Virus genome (UHGV): UHGV-0060642
DNA from: a virus
Length of the DNA stretch: 41,777 nt
Reading direction: 5' to 3' (one strand)
The notes under the pieces were generated by a model. The model worked only from the letters and a program-made list of their open reading frames with translations, had not been told where the DNA came from and searched no databases. Shown piece after piece: positions 28,363 to 36,702 of the stretch; positions within the stretch are counted from its first letter, which is position 1; the number at the start of each line of letters is the position of its first letter. A program made the position numbers and the translations under genes.

Positions 28363-28841
28363 TGGAAATAAAGCTCATCGATAATCCAGTGAAGCTTGCA
28401 GAATTCCTCAACAACCCGGCAAACACAGGAAATATCGTAGACAGTGGAGATAAATACTACATCAAGCCTGATGCGGTATACCTCGGCATCTACGAAGGAT
28501 TAGTGCTGGCTGGCGTTCATGAAGTGCGTAACTTCTGGCATAGCGTTGTTGAATGCCATGCGGTGTATGACCCCGGATTCCGTGGTGAATATGCACTGCA
28601 AGGGCATCGATTATTCTGCAAATGGCTTCTCGAAAACTCACCATTCCTTAACAGCATCACCATGGTTCCTGACACAACGAAATACGGACGGTCAATTATC
28701 CGTTTGCTTGGCGCTACCCGTGTTGGTCACCTTGATGATGCTTATACCAGCAATGGAAAGCCTGTGGGCATCACGATTTATCAGTTACCGCGCTCAAAAT
28801 ACGAGGAGCTAACGAATGTTAATTTTCCAGATTGCCAATAA
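28362..28841 (+). CDS. gp14-like protein (position of P22 gene 14)
   Basis: 159 aa from ATG at 28362 (GTG at 28359 in the track); synteny between the tail needle and ejection genes. Confidence 0.6.
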   Translation: MEIKLIDNPVKLAEFLNNPANTGNIVDSGDKYYIKPDAVYLGIYEGLVLAGVHEVRNFWHSVVECHAVYDPGFRGEYALQGHRLFCKWLLENSPFLNSITMVPDTTKYGRSIIRLLGATRVGHLDDAYTSNGKPVGITIYQLPRSKYEELTNVNFPDCQ

Positions 28842-29490
28842 GCACCTCAGCAAAGCTGTTTACTGCAAAGGTGGCAGTGATGGCGGTTCAAAGGCACAGG
28901 CTCGCGCAACTGAAAAGGGCATCGAACTGCAGCGTGAAATGTGGCAGACGAACATGCAAAACCTTGCACCGTTCACGCCACTCGCTCAGCAGTACGTATC
29001 ACAGTTGCAGAATCTTTCCTCTCTTCAGGGGCAAGGTCAGGCACTTAACCAGTATTACAACTCTCAGCAGTATAAAGACCTTGCAGGGCAGGCTCGCTAT
29101 CAGAGTCTGGCAGCAGCAGAGGCAACGGGTGGATTAGGCTCTACAGCAACAGGAAACCAGTTAGCAGCAATCGCACCTACACTCGGTCAAAACTGGCTGT
29201 CAGGTCAGATGAACAACTACAACAATCTGGCAAATATCGGCCTTGGTGCTCTTACAGGTCAGGCAAATGCCGGACAGAACTACGCTAACAACGTCAGCCA
29301 GTTGTACCAACAGCAGGCGGCAGCAGCGGCAGCAAATGCGAATAAGCCTTCAGGCCTACAGAGTTTTGCTACAGGTGCCATTGGTGGGGCCGCATCAGGT
29401 GCAATGATTGGTAGTGCAGTTCCTGTTATTGGGACTGGTATTGGTGCCCTTGCTGGCGGTGTTATCGGTGGTCTTGGATCATTGTTTTAA
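28816..29490 (+). CDS. Ejection/internal virion protein, gp7-like
   Basis: 224 aa, Gln/Asn/Gly/Ala-rich with hydrophobic Gly-rich C-terminus; GAGGAG RBS; assignment mainly by synteny. Confidence 0.7.
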   Translation: MLIFQIANKHLSKAVYCKGGSDGGSKAQARATEKGIELQREMWQTNMQNLAPFTPLAQQYVSQLQNLSSLQGQGQALNQYYNSQQYKDLAGQARYQSLAAAEATGGLGSTATGNQLAAIAPTLGQNWLSGQMNNYNNLANIGLGALTGQANAGQNYANNVSQLYQQQAAAAAANANKPSGLQSFATGAIGGAASGAMIGSAVPVIGTGIGALAGGVIGGLGSLF

Positions 29491-29499
29491 GGTGGGAAT

Positions 29500-30831
29500 A
29501 TGGCTACTTGGCAACAAGGAATCAACTCAGGCGGCTTTCTTGCTGGTATCGGTGGGCAAAACTCAAATGCGCCAAAGGCAAGTGATGTAAGTGAGGCGTT
29601 GGCCTATATTCGCCAGAACAACGAAATGGAGCGCTCAGGTCGCAATAACATCGGCCTTCAGGCGTTGCAGGGGCTTGGTAGTGTCGCTCAAACATATCAA
29701 GCCGCAAAGCAACAGGAAGCGGATGCTGCATTCCAAAAAGAATATGCGGCAGCCATCCAGTCAGGTGATCGACAGCAGGTTCGAGATCTGATGACCAAAT
29801 ATCCTGGTCAATTAGAGAAGATTCAGTCTGGTATGAAGTGGGCAGACGAAGACCAGCGTGATGAAATTGGCAATCTAGCGGCAGGCGGTCAAATTGCCTC
29901 CATGATGGGTGGTGATGCATTTAGCAAGTGGATTGGCAACAATGCAACCAGATTGTCTAATCAGGGGGTAGACCCACAACAACTCCTCAGTATGTATCAA
30001 AAAGACCCACAAGCAACATCACAACTTATCGGACAATATGGTCAGTTTGCATTAGGCCATGAAAAGTATTGGGATTTGCAGGACAAGATGGTTGGTCGCC
30101 AACTTGAGAAAGGGCGATTGGATGAAAGCATCCGTCAGGCTGATATGGAGAATGCGAGAGGATGGGCAAATATCCAAAACGCTCAACTAGACAGGGCTCA
30201 GCGGGCACAAATGCATAATGATAACGTAGCCCTGAAGTTGCAGGAATTAGGGATGAAACAACAGGAAAGCGGAAAGATTGACCCAAAACTTGTTCGAGAT
30301 CTGAATAGTGATATTAATGGGTTCTCAAAGAATTATTCTGCAATGCGCAGTGCTTCTGACAACCTACAAGCCCTTGGAAAGCGCAACACTCCAGCCGCGC
30401 AGTTGGGAATGATTTTCAACTATATGAAATCGCTGGATCCGCAATCTGTGGTACGCGAAGGTGAGCAAGTGCAGGTAAAACGCACTGATGGAATATTCGG
30501 CACACTTGGTAACTATGTTAGCCAATTATCTAACGGCAAGATGCTGAATAATGAGCAAGTCCAGGACTTAATCAACACCTCAAAACTGATGGCAAATACT
30601 GAAGGCGAAAAGTTTAACCAGCAAATGGATGATTATCTTTCAACGTATGGAGATTCTCTCCCCAGCGGACTAACTAAGCAATTGCAATCCAGAAAAGCCA
30701 AGCTGTATGAAGATATTCAGCAGCCTGCGCAACAACAGAGCAATAACCAACAACCGACAAATACCCAACAGCAGCAGAGTCAATCCGGATCATATACCTC
30801 AAAATCAGGCATTCAATTTACGGTGGAATGA
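29500..30831 (+). CDS. Ejection protein, gp20-like
   Basis: 443 aa, Gln-rich; assignment by synteny and composition. Confidence 0.7.
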   Translation: MATWQQGINSGGFLAGIGGQNSNAPKASDVSEALAYIRQNNEMERSGRNNIGLQALQGLGSVAQTYQAAKQQEADAAFQKEYAAAIQSGDRQQVRDLMTKYPGQLEKIQSGMKWADEDQRDEIGNLAAGGQIASMMGGDAFSKWIGNNATRLSNQGVDPQQLLSMYQKDPQATSQLIGQYGQFALGHEKYWDLQDKMVGRQLEKGRLDESIRQADMENARGWANIQNAQLDRAQRAQMHNDNVALKLQELGMKQQESGKIDPKLVRDLNSDINGFSKNYSAMRSASDNLQALGKRNTPAAQLGMIFNYMKSLDPQSVVREGEQVQVKRTDGIFGTLGNYVSQLSNGKMLNNEQVQDLINTSKLMANTEGEKFNQQMDDYLSTYGDSLPSGLTKQLQSRKAKLYEDIQQPAQQQSNNQQPTNTQQQQSQSGSYTSKSGIQFTVE

Positions 30832-32963
30832 TGAAAGTAACTGCAAACGGAAAGACATTTACCTTCCCTGATGGTACGAGCACGGAAGATATTGGCACCG
30901 CCATTGATGAGTATTTTGCTGGTCAGGCTGTTCAGCAACAAACAGTTAATCAGGCCAATAATGAACCAGCACGTGAAGAACCATCATTGATGCAACAAGC
31001 TGGCGATTGGCTCACTGGTGGTCAAAGTGCAGGGCAAATTGCAGAACAGGCTGGTCGTGGTCTGGTAAACATACCATTTGACGTATTGCAGGGTGGCGCA
31101 AGTCTGATTAATGCAATCAGTCAGGGGCTTGGTGGGCCAAAAGTATTGGATGATGTCTATCGTCCAGTAGACAGACCGACAGACCCCTACGCTCAAGCTG
31201 GAGAAACAATTGGTGGGTATCTCCTGCCAATTGGCACAGCGGCAAAAGCTGCTGGAGCGCCAGCAAAGCTCGCTGAAGATATCGGTTCCGCAGGAAACAT
31301 GATTGCAGGTTCTCTTGCTGATGCTGCAAATCAGGAGGGCGACTTTGCACAAAATGCTGCCATTAACGGTGGTATCAATATTGGTGCTCAAGGCGTTCTT
31401 TCAGGTGTCGGGCGCGTTATTGCGCCAAGGGTTTCACAGGCTCTTGGTGGTGCAGCACTGAATTCTGCTAATGATGTTTCGAAAATGGCAAAGTCTGGTA
31501 CAGGAAGAGAGATTATTGCCAGACAGTCAGCTAACGTGTCAGACGAAATAGCAAAAGCAGCAGATACTGCTGGAATAGATATCAACGCATTAACTCCTGG
31601 CATGAGATCAGGTAGTCGTGGTCTTGCTCAGGCGGAGGGGATTCTGGCGTCAAAGCCCGGAATTACACAGGATGCACACACCAAAGCATTCAGTGAAATA
31701 GAGTCGAAATTTAACTCAGCATTGGATGAGTTTGGGGCTGAAGCAGGAACTGCATCAGAAAAAAGTGCAGCCATAAAACAGAGGGTTTTGGCAAGCATTG
31801 ATAAAATGAAAAATTCAGAAAAGGCCGCATGGGATAGCGTCCGCTCCACGATGCCTGACGCAAAGGCCAGAATGTCAAACCTGAACGCTACAATTCAGGG
31901 TGATATTTTGGCTGGCATGCCGCTAACTCCTGAGATGAAACAATTCGCATCTGCTTATGCTAAAACTGGTAAAAAAGGAATCACGTTTGATGCCATGAAG
32001 GCATGGCGAAGTAAACTTGCTGACGCAGAGCAGAAGTATATAAGGTCTGGTGAGGCAAATACGGCAAGGCGCATGGCTGAGCTTCGTGATGCAGCAACGG
32101 AAGATATGCGCATAATGGCTCAAAATGGCGGTTTTCTTGATGACTGGCAAAAAGCTAATGACCTGTCAAAGGCAAGATTTACAGCACAAGAACAGGCTGA
32201 AGCAGCGTTTGGCAGAGACCTTGCAACTGATCAGTTGGTAAATAATGGCTCTAAGGCGTTACAGGGCTCAGCAAAAAGTGGAACAGGTCAGTTCCATAAA
32301 ATAATAAGCGCCCTACCTGAGTCGGAACGCGCGCCAGCAATTGCATCAATATTACAAGATGCAATGTCGCAAGGGGTACGCGGAGGTAAGTCTGAAGAGG
32401 CTGGAATTAAGCATATCGCGACTATTCTTACCCCACAAAACGTGAAGGCAATTAGTCGATATTCTCCAGAACTTGGCAGGATTACAAGTTCATACGGAGA
32501 ACTTGCAAGAGCAGCAACAAAGCCACTTCGATATGTTGAACAGACAGGGCGATCTATGCCAGCCATTAGCACTCTTGAGAATGGCCTTCATCCAGTTTTA
32601 GAGAGCGCATTGTCTGGCGCTTTTAGAACTACTGGCACTATCGCAGGGTTCTCTGGAGGAGGCGTTATTGGAGCAATAGCGGGTGGCGCTGCAGGTGGAG
32701 CAATTGATGCAATGGCAAAAGGAGCGATAGCGAAATTATCCGCAACTAGAAGCGGTCGTTACGCTATTGAAAAGGCTGTTCAAGAGGCAACAAAGGCAGT
32801 TAAGGTTGGGGCAAGTGATGGTGCATTAGCGGCGGCGGAACGCAGATTTATGGCAAATAAGGCCGCCGTAAAAGCAATACGCGAGGCACTAGGAAACGAA
32901 GAGTTCCAGCGTTTAGCAAGGGCTGGAATTGTGGCATCGCTAAGCGGAATGGCACAGGAGTAA
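30828..32963 (+). CDS. Ejection/DNA transfer protein, gp16-like
   Basis: 711 aa, Ala/Gly-rich with hydrophobic C-terminal segments; last gene of the rightward virion operon; by synteny. Confidence 0.7.
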   Translation: MMKVTANGKTFTFPDGTSTEDIGTAIDEYFAGQAVQQQTVNQANNEPAREEPSLMQQAGDWLTGGQSAGQIAEQAGRGLVNIPFDVLQGGASLINAISQGLGGPKVLDDVYRPVDRPTDPYAQAGETIGGYLLPIGTAAKAAGAPAKLAEDIGSAGNMIAGSLADAANQEGDFAQNAAINGGINIGAQGVLSGVGRVIAPRVSQALGGAALNSANDVSKMAKSGTGREIIARQSANVSDEIAKAADTAGIDINALTPGMRSGSRGLAQAEGILASKPGITQDAHTKAFSEIESKFNSALDEFGAEAGTASEKSAAIKQRVLASIDKMKNSEKAAWDSVRSTMPDAKARMSNLNATIQGDILAGMPLTPEMKQFASAYAKTGKKGITFDAMKAWRSKLADAEQKYIRSGEANTARRMAELRDAATEDMRIMAQNGGFLDDWQKANDLSKARFTAQEQAEAAFGRDLATDQLVNNGSKALQGSAKSGTGQFHKIISALPESERAPAIASILQDAMSQGVRGGKSEEAGIKHIATILTPQNVKAISRYSPELGRITSSYGELARAATKPLRYVEQTGRSMPAISTLENGLHPVLESALSGAFRTTGTIAGFSGGGVIGAIAGGAAGGAIDAMAKGAIAKLSATRSGRYAIEKAVQEATKAVKVGASDGALAAAERRFMANKAAVKAIREALGNEEFQRLARAGIVASLSGMAQE

Positions 32964-33293
32964 TTAGTCATCCATGGATGGATTGAGCTTATCTCGTGTT
33001 GATGTGGCAATTTTCCCAACATTTTTCAACCAAGATTTTAAGAAGGATATGTCGTCCTTAATATCATGAATATCCTCATTCTTTATACGATCAACCTTAT
33101 CCTCTAGGCTCTCTATAGAACGCTCAATGCTAGACAGAGAGATTTTTAAGTCTCCTTGATCACGTTCCAGTGAGGATTTGAGAGCACAATATTCGTTTTC
33201 TAGAATTCCTATTTTTTTTGTTAGAGAGTGCATTCGATACTCATACACCAAACCAGAAACGACTAATGCAGCCAACAGAAACCATTCAAGCAC
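32964..33293 (-). CDS. Uncharacterized single-pass membrane protein with coiled coil (cassette gene C)
   Basis: 109 aa; GTG start preceded by AAGGGGG with about 5-nt spacing; N-terminal hydrophobic helix LEWFLLAALVVSGLVY, remainder predicted coiled coil. Confidence 0.65.
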   Translation of the reverse strand: MLEWFLLAALVVSGLVYEYRMHSLTKKIGILENEYCALKSSLERDQGDLKISLSSIERSIESLEDKVDRIKNEDIHDIKDDISFLKSWLKNVGKIATSTRDKLNPSMDD

Positions 33294-33315
33294 ACTAACC
33301 CCCTTAGTTGATATT

Positions 33316-33735
33316 TTATTTGTATGAAATCAACGAGTTAAGCTCCCTCTCATTTAGAGATTGGAATCTTTTTTCAGTTATATCAATGATGGCTGGCAAT
33401 AGTTTTTTTACCTTCTCATGACCATCAGGTTTAATGATAGCAATGATCTGGATATGAATTGGATATGTGTTGTGTACCGCAAATATCAAAAAGTTATCGC
33501 TAACTCTACGATGTATTGGCGTTGTTTTTAACCAAGGATCATCTACTCCAGGGATCCTGATGTGCGACTTGTAAATTCCCGATAAGACGGCGTGATGGTT
33601 TCTCTCAAACCCACCAATCTTACCAAGATAAGCTGAAACGGTGCCTCTGTTTTTGTAGTTTGCAAGAGCCTTCGCAAAGTATTGTTCTAATGGTCCAGCC
33701 GCTGCATCTACAACAATGCTTATGCGGTTTTCCAT
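33316..33735 (-). CDS. Uncharacterized protein, possibly YafO-like toxin fold (cassette gene B)
   Basis: 139 aa, ATG; segment SDNFLIFAVHNTYPIHIQIIAIIKPDGHEK resembles the recalled YafO C-terminal region (...HLVYCQG...LLIAILKPEPHK); weak and unverified. Confidence 0.65.
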   Translation of the reverse strand: MENRISIVVDAAAGPLEQYFAKALANYKNRGTVSAYLGKIGGFERNHHAVLSGIYKSHIRIPGVDDPWLKTTPIHRRVSDNFLIFAVHNTYPIHIQIIAIIKPDGHEKVKKLLPAIIDITEKRFQSLNERELNSLISYK

Positions 33736-34319
33736 TTTGGTGCTTCCATGCCAAATCTTTTATGTGAATCTTCAACTGATTTCTTGAATGAAGCCAACTC
33801 TTCTTCAGTGAACTCTTCAGGTTCAGCATATGATAGTGGTATGTGCTGCATTGCTAGCGTCACAAGCCCCATAGTTAGCCTTTTGTATTCTATAAAAGTA
33901 TTTATTGAGTGGTTTTTCATTGTTGTAAGAGTTGACATATGGGGCTTCCACGCATCGCTGTTCTCAGCGATGAAGAAGGTATACAACAGTTTCGCGATAC
34001 CATAATCAAGCTTAGATATTTGATCGTTCAACATATCTACATCGTCATGTTGAATATCAAGTGAGGAAATATCTTCTTCCGTACCATTACTTAATAGGTC
34101 AATGAATGTAATGTACTTTTTGCAAACTTCCTCTACAGGTGACATAACGCAGTAGATCTTGCTAAGAGCTTCAGAAGCCTGTTTTTTAGACAAAGAGCCG
34201 CTATGACTGCGATCAAAGTCTGAAATTGAACGCTCGATAGATGTTGATATGTCAGAAAAAACGTTTTCAATTTTTCCTGGCTCTTGATTCAGGATGGCCA
34301 TAACGCCTATCTCAATCAC
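33720..34319 (-). CDS. Uncharacterized acidic protein (cassette gene A)
   Basis: 199 aa from GTG at 34319 (AAGGT upstream) or 193 aa from ATG at 34301; overlaps gene B by 16 nt; about 42 bp downstream of mnt on the same strand. Confidence 0.6.
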   Translation of the reverse strand: MIEIGVMAILNQEPGKIENVFSDISTSIERSISDFDRSHSGSLSKKQASEALSKIYCVMSPVEEVCKKYITFIDLLSNGTEEDISSLDIQHDDVDMLNDQISKLDYGIAKLLYTFFIAENSDAWKPHMSTLTTMKNHSINTFIEYKRLTMGLVTLAMQHIPLSYAEPEEFTEEELASFKKSVEDSHKRFGMEAPKWKTA

Positions 34320-34361
34320 AATGTATACCTTGTTATTTTATATCAACGAACAAACATTGAC

Positions 34362-34610
34362 CTATCTGGTCTCGTACATTTTTTTCAGGGTTTCAAACAC
34401 CATCTTCTTAACAATTTCTGCTTGCTGATCAGCCAAGCGTTCAGCTTCGTCTCGATAGCCTGCAATCGGTGATGGCTTTGAGAGAGCATCCTGAACGATT
34501 TGTAATAACTCAGAGTTCATTGACCTTCCGTTAGCCTCTGCTCTTAATTTCAATTTTTCTCTTACTTCCAAAGGCATACGGAAGTTAAAGTGCGGATCGT
34601 CTCTAGCCAT
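34362..34610 (-). CDS. mnt: Mnt repressor (ribbon-helix-helix)
   Basis: MARDDPHFNFRMPLEVREKLKLRAEANGRSMNSELLQIVQDALSKPSP... matches recalled P22 Mnt. Confidence 0.93.
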   Translation of the reverse strand: MARDDPHFNFRMPLEVREKLKLRAEANGRSMNSELLQIVQDALSKPSPIAGYRDEAERLADQQAEIVKKMVFETLKKMYETR

Positions 34611-34700
34611 GCCATCACCCCAAGTTAGTGTATTGACATGATAGAAGCACTCTACTATATTCTCAATAGGTCCACGGTGGACCTATATTGTGAGGTGAAT
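34611..34700. promoter_or_regulatory. Divergent Pant/Pmnt region with Oarc and Omnt operators
   Basis: TTGACA, 17 bp, TATATT; Oarc-like ATGATAGAAGCACTCTACTAT; palindromic Omnt-like AGGTCCACGGTGGACCT (approximate coordinates). Confidence 0.85.
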
Positions 34701-34859
34701 ATGAAAGGAATGAGCAAAATGCCGCAGTTCAATTTGCGGTGGCCTAAAGAAGTATTGGATTTGGTGCGTAAGGTGGCGGAAGAGAACGGGCGATCTGTTA
34801 ACTCTGAGATTTACAAGCGAGTGATGGACAGCCTGAAGAGAGAGGGGATTACGGTATGA
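34701..34859 (+). CDS. arc: Arc repressor
   Basis: MKGMSKMPQFNLRWPKEVLDLVRKVAEENGRSVNSEIYKRVMDSLKREG matches recalled P22 Arc; GAGGTGA RBS. Confidence 0.93.
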   Translation: MKGMSKMPQFNLRWPKEVLDLVRKVAEENGRSVNSEIYKRVMDSLKREGITV

Positions 34860-35125
34860 AGGTGTCATTGCTTGATCGTTCTTTACAATTTTTGTCTGGC
34901 GCAATCATTGTAGTTTGCTTGCTCGTGATTTTTACATCGTTAATCAATATGTATCAATCAGGGGAACGATTGACAAAGACGATAGAGGAAAAAAAATCAG
35001 TCTCAAATTACGAAGTATCACATGCACATAACGATTTAGTAGAAAGCCTTGACCGTATTAACAAGAGGCTTGACGAGACAAATATGCTACTTAAGCAAAT
35101 TCAAAATGAAGTGGAAAAACGTTGA
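34856..35125 (+). CDS. Uncharacterized single-pass membrane/coiled-coil protein coupled to arc
   Basis: 89 aa; ATGA overlap with the arc stop; hydrophobic helix GAIIVVCLLVIFTSLINMY then coiled coil; not present between arc and ant in P22 as recalled. Confidence 0.65.
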   Translation: MKVSLLDRSLQFLSGAIIVVCLLVIFTSLINMYQSGERLTKTIEEKKSVSNYEVSHAHNDLVESLDRINKRLDETNMLLKQIQNEVEKR

Positions 35126-35155
35126 AGCCCCAACTGCTGTAACAGTCAGGGCTTC
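35112..35155 (-). terminator. Possible terminator of a sar-like antisense RNA (opposite the ant 5' region)
   Basis: Extended hairpin GAAGCCCcaACTG...CAGTcaGGGCTTC; on the minus strand it is followed by AACGTTTTT (approximate coordinates). Confidence 0.4.
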
Positions 35156-35187
35156 GGTATCAACAAAACTTACGAGGTATTATTGAT

Positions 35188-36078
35188 ATGTCAAGCTTAG
35201 CAAAGTCAACTGTAAATTGCACTAATAGCATCATCATTTCTGACGTCAAGATTCATATGGATTCAGAGGGGCGTTACTCGCTTAATGACCTTCATGTAGC
35301 GTCTGGAAAGGAGGAAAAACATCAGCCAGCTTTCTTCATGCGTAGAAATGAAACTATTGAATTGATTAATGAAATTTTTAATTCTGCGGATATGCAGAAT
35401 AAGAATCCCGTCCTTTCTAAGAAAGGTAGATATGGTGGAACCTACGTGTGCAAGGAGCTTGTTTACTCCTACGCCATGTGGATTAGCGCAGCCTTTGCGC
35501 TGAAGGTTATCCGTGCATATGACGCAATGGTTACTACCACACAAGAAAGGAGGGCTATTGGCGGTAAAACTTCAGTAGCTGAACGCACACCGCTACGCGA
35601 TGCAGTAAACATGCTGGTAGGAAAGAAAGGACTTCGCTATGACGATGCATACAATATGGTTCATCAGCGTTTTGGTATTGACAGCATTGATGAACTTTCA
35701 ATTGAACAAATCCCGCTGGCCGTAGAGTACATCCACAGGGTAGTGCTTGAAGGCGAGTTCATCGGCAAACAAGAGAAGAAAGCAAACGAGCTTTCTGCAA
35801 AAGAAGCAAACAGCCTTGTATGGTTATGGGATTATGCCAACCGCTCACAGGCATTATTCCGCGAACTGTATCCGGCGCTAAAACAAATTCAATCGAACTA
35901 TTCCGGCAGATGCTACGACTACGGTCATGAATTCTCGTATGTTATCGGAATGGCGAGAGACGTTTTAATCAATCACACACGAGATGTTGATATCAATGAG
36001 CCAGACGGACCAACGAATCTTTCCGCATGGATGAGACTTAAGAATAAAGAATTGCCTCCTTCAGTACATAACTACTGA
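35188..36078 (+). CDS. ant: Antirepressor Ant (KilA-N domain)
   Basis: 296 aa; N-terminal KilA-N-like region ([31 protein letters not shown]); position after arc as in P22 immI. Confidence 0.85.
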   Translation: MSSLAKSTVNCTNSIIISDVKIHMDSEGRYSLNDLHVASGKEEKHQPAFFMRRNETIELINEIFNSADMQNKNPVLSKKGRYGGTYVCKELVYSYAMWISAAFALKVIRAYDAMVTTTQERRAIGGKTSVAERTPLRDAVNMLVGKKGLRYDDAYNMVHQRFGIDSIDELSIEQIPLAVEYIHRVVLEGEFIGKQEKKANELSAKEANSLVWLWDYANRSQALFRELYPALKQIQSNYSGRCYDYGHEFSYVIGMARDVLINHTRDVDINEPDGPTNLSAWMRLKNKELPPSVHNY

Positions 36079-36095
36079 CAGATAACCAACGCAAC

Positions 36096-36121
36096 GACCC
36101 GGCTTCGGCTGGGTTTTTTTA
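36096..36121 (+). terminator. Rho-independent terminator after ant
   Basis: CCCGGC-ttcg-GCTGGG hairpin followed by TTTTTTT. Confidence 0.75.
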
Positions 36122-36188
36122 TGCCCAAAATTCACCGTAGCCATGCTGCGGCGATTCCTTGTATCTGGAGCAAATTAAATGACAGACA

Positions 36189-36689
36189 TTACCTACTCAA
36201 CAGATGGTCAGCAACCATGTTTGCTGCCTTATAAGCTATAGCCGCTTCATCAATGGTGTTGAATCTCCCAAGGGTTATGTTTTTACCTGAGACATTTATC
36301 TGAGCTTGCCATTGATTTCTGGCTTGACAGAAAGTTACCCCCTTGATTCCAGCATTGCTATTTCGAGGTCCGACATTTAATGCATTTACGACTCTGCTAA
36401 CATCCCTAAGGTTTGAGATTGCGTTATTTCTTCTGTTTCTATCAATGTGGTCAATCTCTTGTTTGGGCCATTCGCCATATACATACAGCCAGGCAAGTCT
36501 ATGTGCAAAATATCTTACGCCATCAATATTAATTGCGTTATATCCATAAGAAATTGTGCCAGCAACTTTCCCAACAGCACCTCTGGCGCTTAATTTCTTT
36601 TTCCAAGTGAAAATTCCTGTTTCTTTATTGTAATCGAGAACCTCCATAAGGCGCTCCCGAGTTACTACCTCGTGACGTCTCTTACTCAT
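36189..36689 (-). CDS. HNH endonuclease with AP2-type DNA-binding domain (homing-endonuclease-like)
   Basis: HNH signature [26 protein letters not shown]2-like [40 protein letters not shown]; start at internal ATG 36689 preceded by GGAG. Confidence 0.8.
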   Translation of the reverse strand: MSKRRHEVVTRERLMEVLDYNKETGIFTWKKKLSARGAVGKVAGTISYGYNAINIDGVRYFAHRLAWLYVYGEWPKQEIDHIDRNRRNNAISNLRDVSRVVNALNVGPRNSNAGIKGVTFCQARNQWQAQINVSGKNITLGRFNTIDEAAIAYKAANMVADHLLSR

Positions 36690-36702
36690 TATTTTCTCCG
36701 GA

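Noticed and set aside
31117-32572. Minus-strand ORFs inside the gp16-like gene
   Set aside because: Low-complexity antisense ORFs within an Ala/Gly-rich coding region.
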